Below are positions 38,323-48,243 of a stretch of DNA of 64,000 nucleotides, in pieces. Position numbers and translations under genes: made by a program. The stretch is taken from assembly GCA_040772505.1 (NCBI GenBank), contig JAXGYA010000002.1, positions 375,638 through 439,637 of the forward strand. Direction: 5' to 3'. This stretch comes from Mariniphaga sp. GTDB taxonomy: Bacteria > Bacteroidota > Bacteroidia > Bacteroidales > Prolixibacteraceae. Each line of letters opens with the position of its first letter. Within the stretch, counting starts at the first letter, position 1. The notes under the pieces are model-generated. The model was not told the DNA's origin and ran no database searches. It was given only the letters and a program-made list of their open reading frames with translations.

Positions 38323-38859
38323 TTATGGGTATCCGGGACCTTGAATAACATTCACCCGTGTTTCAATTTTGAAATTTTTGGATACGTTATATTTCATAAA
38401 CAGGGTAGAACCACGCACATCAAAATTATTCAGCCCATGATTTGGAAATGGCGCAGTAAATGGCGAACGACCCTCGAAGCTATAACCTCCAAGCACGAAA
38501 CGGTTGTTAAACCGATATTCCGAACCGCTTAGGACATTGGTATTCAGCACAAGCGGATGAAACAGACTGCCCGGTGCTCTGAAGTACAATCTTCCGGCAG
38601 CCCAAGTGTCTGTTTGATTTTCAAAAAAGTTAAAGCTTCTGAATTTCAGAGCTTCGCTGTCAAAATTCAGTTTGACCACCGGTAAAGGTTGCATCCACTC
38701 CCCGGAAGGAAGTATTCCCATCAAAAGCTGATTATACATCAGCTTGCGTTCAGCGGTAATCATTGATGAGTCCTGCTCAGGCATCAACGGCATCAATTTT
38801 TCCTGACCAAAGGCTGTAACTGATATGTTCAGCAAGAGTATGAAGAAAATCCTTTTCAC
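38323..38859 (-). CDS. Hypothetical secreted protein
   Basis: Signal peptide (LLLNISVTAFGQE). I recognise no family. Confidence 0.45.
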   Translation of the reverse strand: MKRIFFILLLNISVTAFGQEKLMPLMPEQDSSMITAERKLMYNQLLMGILPSGEWMQPLPVVKLNFDSEALKFRSFNFFENQTDTWAAGRLYFRAPGSLFHPLVLNTNVLSGSEYRFNNRFVLGGYSFEGRSPFTAPFPNHGLNNFDVRGSTLFMKYNVSKNFKIETRVNVIQGPGYP

Positions 38860-38921
38860 AACAATCCTTTTTCCTTTTTTGATTCCTTCAAAAATACAAA
38901 TAATTGGGGATAGTTGAATTT

Positions 38922-40382
38922 TTAATCGGAATCAATTAATTCAGCAGCGTATTTTTGAAGTAAATTCCACATTTCCCTCACGTGTTTTACTTCAGTATTT
39001 GTTTGTGCAATACTCATGCGCAAAACAACCTGACCGTTTAATTTTGTGTGGGTGAAAAAAGCATTGCCGGATTGGTTTATGGCATTCATCAGTTTCATGT
39101 TCATTTCATTGCCGGATTTGTGTCTGAAACAAACCAGATTGAACGCCGGCTCCAAAATCAGTTCAAAATTTTCGGATTCTTTAACCCAGTCTGCAAACTG
39201 CTGTGCCATCCTGACGTGCTTCCTGATGTGAAACTGCAAACCCTCCACTCCGTAATGCCGGATTACAAACCAAAGTTTCAGGGAGCGAAATCTTCTTCCA
39301 AGCTGAATATGCCAGTCGCGGTAGTCGAAAACCTCACCGGATTCCGTTGCTTTGTTGCGCAGATATTCGGGCATGATGGAGAACGTCTCGGTCAGCTCTG
39401 CACGATTTGCAACCCAAAACACATCGCAGTCGAAATTGGTAAACATCCATTTGTGCGGATTTAAACAATAGCTGTCAGCAAGTTCCACACCTTTGCTATA
39501 GTGCCTGAATTCGGGGCAGAGCATTGCTGTCCCCGACATGGCTGCGTCCACGTGCATCCAGCAGTTTTCCCTTTTGCATATTTCACCGATTTCCCGGATA
39601 GGATCAACTGCGTTTGATGATGTGGTGCCGATTGTTGCACAGACGAAGAAGGGCTTCAGCCCTTTTGCTCTGTCTTTCTGAATTTGCTTTTCCAGCAATT
39701 CGGGGCGCATGGCAAACTGCCGGTCCACATCAATTATCCGCAGGTTTTCACTGCCAATGCCGGCTATTTTGATTGCCTTTTCAAGCGATGAATGGGTTTG
39801 CGATGAAACGTAAGCAACCAGTTTTTGCCTGACACCCGTTTTGTTTGATTCAAATTTTGTGGCGCGTTCACGTGCAGCAATGACTGCCGTTAGAGCTGAA
39901 GTGGAAGCGGTATCCTGAATAACACCTCCGCCGGTGGAGGTGGATTTGAATTTTTCCGGCATGTCTGACATCTCTGCCAGCCAGTCAAGCACCCGGGTTT
40001 CCAGCTCTGTTGCTGCAGGGCTTGTTGCCCAAATCATCCCCTGAATTCCCAGACCCGAAGAAATGAGATCGCCTAAAATTGAAGGAAATGATGTGTTGCA
40101 CGGGAAATAACCAAAAAACAAGGGCGATTGCCAATGGGTAATCCCTGGCATGATGATTTCATCCAGGTCTTTCATCATGGCATCCATGGATTCTCCTTTT
40201 TCAGGAGCGCTGAGCGGAAGTTTTGACATTATTTCTCCGGGTTTAACCTGAGAAAGAACCGGATATTTTTCAATATTCTCGTAATAGTCGGCAATCCAGT
40301 CGATAACTTTTTTGCCTTCTTTCCGAAATTGGGATGGAGTGAGGTGATAATTTTTCATTGAATTGTGATTTTCAATCTGCAT
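38922..40382 (-). CDS. PLP-dependent group II decarboxylase, aromatic-L-amino-acid/tyrosine decarboxylase-like
   Basis: It resembles DDC along its length: FRKEGKKVIDWIADYYENIEKYPV, HWQSPLFFGYFP, and the PLP-lysine motif CLNPHKWMFTNFDCDVFWV. Confidence 0.9.
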   Translation of the reverse strand: MQIENHNSMKNYHLTPSQFRKEGKKVIDWIADYYENIEKYPVLSQVKPGEIMSKLPLSAPEKGESMDAMMKDLDEIIMPGITHWQSPLFFGYFPCNTSFPSILGDLISSGLGIQGMIWATSPAATELETRVLDWLAEMSDMPEKFKSTSTGGGVIQDTASTSALTAVIAARERATKFESNKTGVRQKLVAYVSSQTHSSLEKAIKIAGIGSENLRIIDVDRQFAMRPELLEKQIQKDRAKGLKPFFVCATIGTTSSNAVDPIREIGEICKRENCWMHVDAAMSGTAMLCPEFRHYSKGVELADSYCLNPHKWMFTNFDCDVFWVANRAELTETFSIMPEYLRNKATESGEVFDYRDWHIQLGRRFRSLKLWFVIRHYGVEGLQFHIRKHVRMAQQFADWVKESENFELILEPAFNLVCFRHKSGNEMNMKLMNAINQSGNAFFTHTKLNGQVVLRMSIAQTNTEVKHVREMWNLLQKYAAELIDSD

Positions 40383-40455
40383 TTTAAAAAAATTCAGTTT
40401 TTAACCGGTAAATGATTGATTCTATTTTGGTCTGAATTTTAATATTCAGAGCGAG

Positions 40456-40728
40456 TCAAAATTCAATTCTGAAATTACTGAACTCTTCCAATATATTGTT
40501 CCTGACTACATCTAATTTGTCAACCCTCGAAAGCGGCGGGCCTGTTCTCAGTTTTTCCAAAAACAGTTTCATGTTTTCAGAACTCCCCTGAGCTATTGCG
40601 AGCACTCCGCCATCACGGGTATTTTTCACCCATCCCTTAATATTAAGCAATTTCGCATTGTGTTCCGTAAAAAAACGGAATCCGACCCCCTGAACCCTGC
40701 CGGTTACTTTAATTTCATTCTGAATCAT
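40456..40728 (-). CDS. acyP: Acylphosphatase
   Basis: 90 aa with VTGRVQGVGFRFFT and GWVKNTRDGGV motifs. Confidence 0.9.
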   Translation of the reverse strand: MIQNEIKVTGRVQGVGFRFFTEHNAKLLNIKGWVKNTRDGGVLAIAQGSSENMKLFLEKLRTGPPLSRVDKLDVVRNNILEEFSNFRIEF

Positions 40729-41087
40729 TGCTTCTCCCCAAATTCGTTAACTATTTCTGTTTGAGTCAATGCCCAGATGGAATATACGCCAAGTGCCGTG
40801 CCAAACGGAAAATTAACTAAAGCGATGACTGAAAGCACAAGAGCAAGAATTCGTGCCCACTCTTTTCGTTTGAATAAACCTATTCCGGCAATTATGCCCG
40901 GAAGACCAATCAGGATTAAAAAGGCAAAAATTATTTTTGCAATCAAAGGCAGAATGAATTGAGCTTCCATGTCATCCACAAAATTTCCAATAAAATATAA
41001 AATGACAAACAAAAATATGCCTATGAGAATGCTCAAAATACTAAGTCCTATGTGAAGGGCAGCTACAATACTAATGTGTTTTTGCAT
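40725..41087 (-). CDS. Hypothetical 4-TM membrane protein, translationally coupled to acyP
   Basis: 120-aa hydrophobic protein. Its stop overlaps the acyP start (ATGA at 40725-40728). Confidence 0.55.
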   Translation of the reverse strand: MQKHISIVAALHIGLSILSILIGIFLFVILYFIGNFVDDMEAQFILPLIAKIIFAFLILIGLPGIIAGIGLFKRKEWARILALVLSVIALVNFPFGTALGVYSIWALTQTEIVNEFGEKQ

Positions 41088-41227
41088 AACAGTTGATTTT
41101 TTAAAATTCCTATAAAATTATAAAATTCAGGACAAATAAGCTGTAGATTTGTTAAAAATAACCCTCTTCCTGAGAATATTTCCGAATAAACCATTAATTT
41201 TGTCATTCATTTAGTTGAGGAGGCATT

Positions 41228-41467
41228 ATGAGTTTTTTAATAGTAATATTACTTTCAATTGCATTGATTTCAATAGCATTTTTGGGGCTTGCCACGAAAA
41301 TGTTGTTAAAGCGTGGCGGGAAATTTCCCAACACGCACATAGGCGGAAACAAATTTTTAGTAGATAAAGGCATTTACTGTGCACAAACCACCGACAGGCT
41401 GGAAAGGGAAAAAGCTAAAAAGCAGATCGATTTCAAAAGCATGAAAATTGCAAAAGTCTCTGAATGA
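41228..41467 (+). CDS. Small single-pass membrane protein (79 aa) of unknown function
   Basis: N-terminal TM helix (FLIVILLSIALISIAFLGLA), then a basic, soluble tail with a single Cys (GIYCAQTTD). A TAatTTTG box lies at 41195-41202 and GAGGAGG lies 6 nt upstream of the ATG. The gene is convergent with apbE. Confidence 0.5.
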   Translation: MSFLIVILLSIALISIAFLGLATKMLLKRGGKFPNTHIGGNKFLVDKGIYCAQTTDRLEREKAKKQIDFKSMKIAKVSE

Positions 41468-41491
41468 TGTTGCCCTGTTCCCCGAAGATTT

Positions 41492-42490
41492 TTACGGAAC
41501 CAGATGCTCTTCAAAGTTTGGACTGAAGTAAATCCGGTTTTCTCCGTCTTCGCCGGCATAAATAAAATACACTTTCAGTTTAGGATCTTTTTCGGATATT
41601 TCAATTGATTTTTCAAGTCCGAGTACCATAAATGCAGTTGCAAACGCATCTGCATCCATGCAGTTGTCTGCGATAACCGTTGCGCTCAAAAGACTGTGCT
41701 GCACCGGAAATCCCGTTTTCGGGTCAATCGTATGTGCATATTTTTTCCCATCTTCCACATAGAAATTCCGGTAATTTCCTGAAGTGGCAAGGGCATTGTC
41801 AGGGAGCTGTACTTTTGCCTGCAATTCATTTGATGCAAATAATACTGTTTCTTCAGGTTTGCTGATGCCGATGGTCCATGTGCGTCCTTTTTCATTAATT
41901 CCCCTTGCAACCACTTCGCCGCCAATTTCAACCATGAAGTTTTCACAACCTGCTTTCAGCAGAAAATCACCAATCAGATCACTGGTAAAGCCTTTTGCTA
42001 TCGCATTCATGTCGAGCTTCATTTCCGGTTTTTCCTTTTCAATTTGCTCGTTGACCAGATGCACTTTTGTGTAGCCGGTTATTGACTTCAGGCTGTCGAT
42101 TTTTTCCGGTGTCATTTTCGTTTTGTCTTCCGGCCCAAATCCCCATGCATTCACCATCGGACCGGCAGTAATATCAAAAGCGCCACCGGTGAGTGCCGAA
42201 ATTTCCATTGAGCGGTTGTAACATTTCAGGAAAATTTCATCCGGTTCAACTGGTTTGTTGTTGTTTATCTTTGAAATAATTGAAGTGGAATCAAAAGTTG
42301 AGAAAATTTTATTGTATTCGTTCAGTTTTTTCTGAATTTCACTGTGAATATCCTCTCCGTTTGGGTGTTCATAGACAATATGATAGTAAGTTCCGTAAAT
42401 GCGCCCTTCATTGTAAATATATTTTGCAGGTTGCCTGCATGAAAAAAACAATGCCAGAATGACTGTGAAAAGCAGATAATTGTATTTCAT
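41492..42490 (-). CDS. apbE: FAD:protein FMN transferase (flavin transferase for NqrB/NqrC)
   Basis: Lipoprotein signal (LALFFSCRQ) and ApbE motifs (AFDITAGP, AIAKGF, LATSGNYRNF, HTIDPKTG). Confidence 0.9.
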   Translation of the reverse strand: MKYNYLLFTVILALFFSCRQPAKYIYNEGRIYGTYYHIVYEHPNGEDIHSEIQKKLNEYNKIFSTFDSTSIISKINNNKPVEPDEIFLKCYNRSMEISALTGGAFDITAGPMVNAWGFGPEDKTKMTPEKIDSLKSITGYTKVHLVNEQIEKEKPEMKLDMNAIAKGFTSDLIGDFLLKAGCENFMVEIGGEVVARGINEKGRTWTIGISKPEETVLFASNELQAKVQLPDNALATSGNYRNFYVEDGKKYAHTIDPKTGFPVQHSLLSATVIADNCMDADAFATAFMVLGLEKSIEISEKDPKLKVYFIYAGEDGENRIYFSPNFEEHLVP

Positions 42491-42530
42491 TTTTTGAATT
42501 GCATTTGAGGGCGAAATTACAGAATATCAC

Positions 42531-42564
42531 CAAAAAAGAACCATTCTTCAACAAAGAATGGTTC
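42531..42564 (-). terminator. Rho-independent terminator (minus strand) between the DUF5103-like gene and apbE
   Basis: An 11-bp perfect stem (gaaccattctt/aagaatggttc, 42538-42564) with a 5-nt loop. A plus-strand A6 run at 42532-42537 gives a U-tract on the minus strand. Confidence 0.6.
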
Positions 42565-42745
42565 AAAAATTTAAAATCTGTGGAAGTATTTAATTAAATG
42601 GGCACCTCCAAGCCAATATTTTTATCCGTAAAATGATTTTAAACTGTGCTGAAATTAAAAAACAGTTTACAGCTTCAGCAAAGGTGCAATCAAAATTATT
42701 TCTGCCTGTTTGCTGCACTCAGCTAAGAAGATTTCGTAAAAAATG

Positions 42746-44029
42746 TCAGCGGTTAAATTTTGAGTTTAGTTGCCTGTATCCAACCAGTCTGTCGTATCTG
42801 CTGCCCATTTCACGGAAATAGACAAAAATCTGATAGTCATTTTCAGTTTGCCAGTGACTGCCTTCCAGGTTTTTATGGTCGGCAACATGTGAGCCGTTGG
42901 GCACATATACATATATGTAATTGTAGTAGCCCTGTTTTAACAAAAGCGTCAGTTCGTAGGCGCTGGTATCAAAGTTCCAGGTCATCTCATTGGTTTTGTT
43001 TGCATTCCAGTAGTTTAGCGCACCAAAAACATTCACCGTTCCACCCAACAGGACAGACTCCATTGGCAGGGTAAAATGCACAAAGGTGTAGTCGCATTCG
43101 GTGTCATAGTCTTCTACTTCCCTGTCCTGGCTTTCCACTGCAAACCTGCCGTTCATCTCTTCGTATTCAAAATAGCGCCGGTTACTTCTAATTTCATCGG
43201 TCATCAGTGTTTTGTGAAAATAGGGTCTGTGAAAATCAGTTGAAAGCACATTTTCACCATTCACCCGGTTGGTCCGGTTATCGAAATACCTGAATTCGTT
43301 TCCGGCAGGGAAAACATTTTCCCGGTTATAGTCATAAATTAAGGTGCGGTTGCGGATAAACAGCGGTTTTAAATTGCGTATTGCATTGTCCCACCGGTTG
43401 TTTTGCATAATCACCACTTTTACCTCCTGCTGTGGGTTATCGATGGGTAAATTGTTATGGAGGAGAGTGAAATCCACTTCGTGGTTTTCACCTTTGAAAG
43501 CATCAAGTGTGGCGCGGTGAACAGTGCCTTCAATTGCAACAAGAGGCTCCACTACGTGAAACCGTTTGGTGAGTATGATATTTTCCCGGTCTCCATTTTC
43601 GTAAACAACCAAAGCATAATTCCCTGATAATTTAAATCCCATATTTTCATTGGGCAGATAAATCCTATAGTTTACATACTTGAATGTTGTATTGAATGAA
43701 CGGGCAAAATCGTCAATGACATATTCGGCAAATCCTTCAATGTAGTCGCTTTGCGGAATAAAACTTTCGTTCCAGTCGGCATCGCAATGGATGATGGTGT
43801 AGTAATAGTCTTTTATTTCACCCGAAAGGTCGTCAAATTTTAAAATCAGGGGAGTCTCTTCGCCCATTTCCCATACCGGGTTGGACAATTCAAATCCGTC
43901 GCGATACATCAGCACGGTTTTTATATTTTCATCATATACTGCATTTTCGTAGTAATAATTGCCGTCCTGAGCATAGCCGGCATATAAAAACAAGGGGGAT
44001 AAAATGAAAAATAAAAATACTTTACTCAT
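42746..44029 (-). CDS. DUF5103-like secreted protein (family annotated as T9SS plug-like)
   Basis: I place the start at ATG 44029 (MSKVFLFFILSPLFLYAGYAQ). The strings VLMYRDGFELSNPV and YYYTIIHCDADWNES resemble DUF5103 as I remember it, so confidence is low. Confidence 0.45.
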   Translation of the reverse strand: MSKVFLFFILSPLFLYAGYAQDGNYYYENAVYDENIKTVLMYRDGFELSNPVWEMGEETPLILKFDDLSGEIKDYYYTIIHCDADWNESFIPQSDYIEGFAEYVIDDFARSFNTTFKYVNYRIYLPNENMGFKLSGNYALVVYENGDRENIILTKRFHVVEPLVAIEGTVHRATLDAFKGENHEVDFTLLHNNLPIDNPQQEVKVVIMQNNRWDNAIRNLKPLFIRNRTLIYDYNRENVFPAGNEFRYFDNRTNRVNGENVLSTDFHRPYFHKTLMTDEIRSNRRYFEYEEMNGRFAVESQDREVEDYDTECDYTFVHFTLPMESVLLGGTVNVFGALNYWNANKTNEMTWNFDTSAYELTLLLKQGYYNYIYVYVPNGSHVADHKNLEGSHWQTENDYQIFVYFREMGSRYDRLVGYRQLNSKFNR

Positions 44030-44284
44030 ATTCAGATGTTTACCTAAATGAAAGTGATCAAATGTCATGCAAATTTACTTTTTTGACAGTTATTCTAAAT
44101 AAACTGTTAACCGCCTTTTCATCAAATAACGCAAGAAACTGAATTTTAATCTTAATGAATTGTTTTTTTTTGAAAGAAGGCTGTGTCAGAGTATTGTGCA
44201 TCCAATAAAAGACATTAGTATATTTATATTGTCATAACTTTGTATTTTTAAACTGCTCTGATTGTGAAAAGCGAATATATTATA

Positions 44285-44292
44285 TATTTTTG
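44285..44292 (+). promoter_or_regulatory. Candidate -7 promoter box (TAttTTTG) for the nqr operon
   Basis: It matches TAnnTTTG, ends 32 nt before the nqrA ATG at 44325, and sits in an AT-rich 256-nt intergenic region. Confidence 0.35.
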
Positions 44293-44324
44293 CAAACTTA
44301 AAATTAACACTATTCTCGATTAAA

Positions 44325-45671
44325 ATGTCAGAAGTCATAAAATTGCGGAAAGGGTTGGATATAAAGTTGAAAGGTGCGGCTGAATCGGTGCTTGAAACTC
44401 TGCCCCTCCCTGCTGTTGTTGCATTAAAGCCTACCGACTTTCCCGGTCTGACTCCCAAGATGAGTCTTAAACCGGGAGCTGAAGTGAAAGCGGGAGATGC
44501 ATTGTTTTACAACAAGTATCACCCGGAGGTGGTTTTCACTGCACCCTTTGGAGGCAAGGTTGCCTCGGTTAACTTAGGTGAACGCAGGCGTATTTTGGAA
44601 GTGGTGATTGAAACAAATCCTCAGGCTGGTTTTGTGGAATTTAAATCGGGAGACCCTTTGAAGCTTTCTTCCGAAGAGATAAAGACTGAGCTTTTTAAAA
44701 GTGGTCTGTGGCCATTTATCAAGCGCCGCCCCTACGGTATTGTTGCTTTGCCCGATGATCAGCCAAAAGCTATTTTTATTTCCACCTATGACACTGCCCC
44801 GCTTGCACCCGACTATAACTTTATATTAGAAGGGCAAATGGGTACCTTTCAGACCGGCATCAATGCCCTTAGCAAGCTAACCGCCGGAAAAATATTTTTG
44901 GGGTTGAGTGAAAAGTCGGTGTTTGGGAATATCAAAAATGTTGAATACCGAATATTTGCAGGTCCACATCCGGCAGGTAACGTAGGTGTTCAGATTCATC
45001 ATGTTTCACCGCTGAACAAGGGGGAAGTAGTATGGACAATTAACCCGCAGGATGTGCTGTTTATCGGAAGATTGTTTGAAACAGGCAAAACAGATTTTAC
45101 TAAGATGTTTGCTTTAACCGGTTCAGAAGTGGAAAAGCCCAAATATTTTCAGACGCTGTTAGGAACCCAGGTTTCTTCGATAGTAAAAGGGCACCTGAAA
45201 GATGCAGGATACAAGCAACGGATAATCAGCGGAAATGTACTGACGGGAACAAAAGTGAATCCGATGAATTATGTTGGATTTTATGATTCACAAATTAGTG
45301 TAATTCCTGAAGGAGATGATTATGAGCTTCTTGGATGGGCACTTCCCGGTGTGGATAAGTTCAGCGCTTCAAAAACTTTTCTTTCATCTTTGTTCCCCAA
45401 GAAGGAGTATGAACTCAATGCAAACCTTCACGGAGGTGAGCGTGCATTTGTGATGTCAGGGCAATATGAAAAGGTTGTTCCTATGGATATTTTTCCTGTT
45501 TTTTTACTGAAGGCTATTTTAGCCAATGATGTTGATAAGATGGAGCAATTGGGACTTTATGAAGTCATTGAAGAAGATTTCGCACTTTGTGAATATGTCT
45601 GTACTTCAAAAATCAAAGTGCAGAATATTTTACGAAACGGAATCAATACTTTGATTAAAGAGCTTGGATAA
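44325..45671 (+). CDS. nqrA: Na+-translocating NADH:quinone oxidoreductase subunit A
   Basis: 448 aa beginning MSEVIKLRKGLDIKLKGAA. It is the first of six contiguous nqr genes. Confidence 0.95.
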   Translation: MSEVIKLRKGLDIKLKGAAESVLETLPLPAVVALKPTDFPGLTPKMSLKPGAEVKAGDALFYNKYHPEVVFTAPFGGKVASVNLGERRRILEVVIETNPQAGFVEFKSGDPLKLSSEEIKTELFKSGLWPFIKRRPYGIVALPDDQPKAIFISTYDTAPLAPDYNFILEGQMGTFQTGINALSKLTAGKIFLGLSEKSVFGNIKNVEYRIFAGPHPAGNVGVQIHHVSPLNKGEVVWTINPQDVLFIGRLFETGKTDFTKMFALTGSEVEKPKYFQTLLGTQVSSIVKGHLKDAGYKQRIISGNVLTGTKVNPMNYVGFYDSQISVIPEGDDYELLGWALPGVDKFSASKTFLSSLFPKKEYELNANLHGGERAFVMSGQYEKVVPMDIFPVFLLKAILANDVDKMEQLGLYEVIEEDFALCEYVCTSKIKVQNILRNGINTLIKELG

Positions 45672-45701
45672 ATTTAAGAAATATAATACAGTCTGATTCA
45701 G

Positions 45702-46859
45702 ATGAAATTTTTAAAAGATTTTTTTGAAAGAACCGAACCCTACGTTCAGGAGGGAGCCAAATACCATTGGTTGCAATCTTTGCATGATGGGTTTTTTACT
45801 TTTTTGTTTGTGCCTAAGCACACTTCAAAAACCGGCACTCACATTCATGATTATATCGACATGAAACGCACCATGTCTATAGTTGTTCTGGCATTAATTC
45901 CATCTTTGCTCTTTGGAATATACAATGTCGGTTTTCAACATTTCAAAGCCGTTGGTGAATTGGCCACGGTAAGTTTTACAGAGCTGTTTTTCTATGGATT
46001 TCTGAAAGTGCTCCCAATCATTATAGTCTCTTACGTGGTTGGTCTCGGAATTGAATTTGTTTTTGCCCAGTTACGCGGACACGAAATCAATGAAGGTTTC
46101 ATTGTTTCAGGGATGCTCATTCCTTTGGTTATGCCCGTTGAAACTCCTCTTTGGATGATAGCAATTGCCACTGCTTTTGCTGTAATCTTCGGGAAGGAGG
46201 TATTTGGCGGAACGGGAATGAACGTCTGGAATCCGGCGCTTGTAGCCCGTGCATTTCTGTTTTTTGCTTATCCGGCATATATGTCGGGCACTTCAGTCTG
46301 GATACCCATTGCAGAAAATGATATTCCGGTTGATGGCTTTACCGGTGCAACAGCGCTGGCTGATGTGGGAGCAGGGAATTTTAATTTTAGCTTTAGTGAA
46401 GCTTTCTGGGGATTCATGCCCGGCTCAATTGGCGAAACGTCAGTTTTTGCCATTTTGATAGGAGCAATCATTTTGATAATAACCGGGATAGGGAGCTGGA
46501 AAATTATGGTTTCCACTGTTGCCGGTGGAGTTGTTGCGGGATTGTTGTTTAATATTTTTGCCGTCAATCCATTGATGGAACTCCCATTTTGGCAGCATCT
46601 GTTCCTTGGCGGATTTGCTTTTGGTACTGTGTTTATGGCAACTGACCCGGTTTCTGCAGCACAAACAGAAAAGGGAAAATGGATTTACGGTTTTCTCATT
46701 GGCGCTTTGGCAATTATTATTCGGGTTGTGAATCCTGCTTACCCCGAAGGAATGATGCTTGCAATTCTTTTGATGAACACTTTTGCTCCGCTAATTGATT
46801 ACTATGTTGTGCAGGGACATATCAGCCGCCGGCTTAAACGGACAAAACTTTCTGTGTAA
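45702..46859 (+). CDS. nqrB: Na+-NQR subunit B
   Basis: Polytopic membrane protein with the FMN-attachment motif (DGFTGATALA). Confidence 0.95.
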   Translation: MKFLKDFFERTEPYVQEGAKYHWLQSLHDGFFTFLFVPKHTSKTGTHIHDYIDMKRTMSIVVLALIPSLLFGIYNVGFQHFKAVGELATVSFTELFFYGFLKVLPIIIVSYVVGLGIEFVFAQLRGHEINEGFIVSGMLIPLVMPVETPLWMIAIATAFAVIFGKEVFGGTGMNVWNPALVARAFLFFAYPAYMSGTSVWIPIAENDIPVDGFTGATALADVGAGNFNFSFSEAFWGFMPGSIGETSVFAILIGAIILIITGIGSWKIMVSTVAGGVVAGLLFNIFAVNPLMELPFWQHLFLGGFAFGTVFMATDPVSAAQTEKGKWIYGFLIGALAIIIRVVNPAYPEGMMLAILLMNTFAPLIDYYVVQGHISRRLKRTKLSV

Positions 46860-46875
46860 TTAAAAAACATTGATT

Positions 46876-47574
46876 ATGGACAGGAACAGTAATATATATA
46901 CATTTATTTATGCATCAGTGATGGTTATTTTTGTGGCTGCCGTTCTTGCTGCAGTTGCAATGTCGCTGAAGCCTCTACAGACCCGGAATTTCGAAATCGA
47001 GAAAAAGCAGAATATTCTGGCATCTGTCAACATTGCTGCCACTGTGGAAAACACAGAGGAAATTTATGAAAATAATATTAAAAACCAGTATGTTATTGAT
47101 TCAAAAGGCGAAAGGATAGATGGGGTAAACGCATTTGATGTTGACCTGAAAAGGGAAAAATCGAAACCGCTGGCAGAACGAAATCTGCCCGTGTTCGAGT
47201 GTGAAACTGAAAGCGGATTGAAATATATTTTCCCATTGTATGGAGCCGGATTATGGGGTCCTATCTGGGGTTTTGTTTCATTAGATAAAGATATGGATAC
47301 AATCTATGGTGCCTTTTTTGATCACGAAGGGGAAACCCCGGGGCTTGGTGCCGAAATTTCAACTGTAAAGTTCCAAAAGGAATTTAAAGGAAAAAAACTT
47401 TTTGATGATTCCGGAAAACTTGTTTCAATAACTGTTAAAAAAGCAGGACAGAATGCGCCTGCCGAGCATAGTGTTGATGGAGTCTCTGGCGGTACTATTA
47501 CAAGTAAAGGGTTGGAAGATATGCTTTTGACAGATTTTACCAATTACAAAGAATTCTTATTAAAGATTAAATAA
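46876..47574 (+). CDS. nqrC: Na+-NQR subunit C
   Basis: I place the start at ATG 46876. It has a single TM helix and the FMN-attachment motif (VDGVSGGTITSKG). Confidence 0.95.
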   Translation: MDRNSNIYTFIYASVMVIFVAAVLAAVAMSLKPLQTRNFEIEKKQNILASVNIAATVENTEEIYENNIKNQYVIDSKGERIDGVNAFDVDLKREKSKPLAERNLPVFECETESGLKYIFPLYGAGLWGPIWGFVSLDKDMDTIYGAFFDHEGETPGLGAEISTVKFQKEFKGKKLFDDSGKLVSITVKKAGQNAPAEHSVDGVSGGTITSKGLEDMLLTDFTNYKEFLLKIK

Positions 47575-47580
47575 ATTGCA

Positions 47581-48225
47581 ATGAGCGAACCACTTTTTTC
47601 AAGAAAAAACTTGAAGTTGCTGACCGACCCGCTGAATGACAGCAACCCGATTACTGTACAAGTTCTGGGAATTTGTTCGGCGCTTGCGGTAACAGCACAA
47701 TTAAAACCTTCAATTGTTATGACCATTTCGGTTATAGCGGTTATTGGTTTTTCTAATATTATCATTTCACTTTTACGAAATACTATTCCCAACAGGATAC
47801 GGATTATTGTCCAGCTCGTGATTGTTGCAATGTTGGTTATTTTAGTTGACCAGGTACTAAAGGCTTATGTTTATGATGTGAGCAGGCAGCTTTCGGTTTT
47901 TGTCGGGTTGATTATCACCAACTGCATCATCATGGGGAGGATTGAGGCATTTGCTTTAGGAAACCGCCCCTGGCCATCATTCCTCGATGGAGTGGGCAAT
48001 GCGGCAGGTTATGGTGTTATTCTTATCATTGTTGGATTTTTTCGAGAGCTGTTTGGCTCCGGCTCAATATACGGCTACCGGGTTGTCCCGGAAAGCTGGT
48101 ATGTTGTCAACGGAGGATTTTACGAAAATAACGGGATGATGATTTTACCTCCGATGGCTCTAATAACTATCGGGATTATTATTTGGGTGCAGCGCAGCCG
48201 CAACCGCAAATTAATTGAAGATTAA
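47581..48225 (+). CDS. nqrD: Na+-NQR subunit D
   Basis: 214-aa RnfE/NqrD-type protein with [10 protein letters not shown] and TNCIIMGR motifs. Confidence 0.95.
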   Translation: MSEPLFSRKNLKLLTDPLNDSNPITVQVLGICSALAVTAQLKPSIVMTISVIAVIGFSNIIISLLRNTIPNRIRIIVQLVIVAMLVILVDQVLKAYVYDVSRQLSVFVGLIITNCIIMGRIEAFALGNRPWPSFLDGVGNAAGYGVILIIVGFFRELFGSGSIYGYRVVPESWYVVNGGFYENNGMMILPPMALITIGIIIWVQRSRNRKLIED

Positions 48226-48243
48226 CCGGTAAAAACTGATGAT

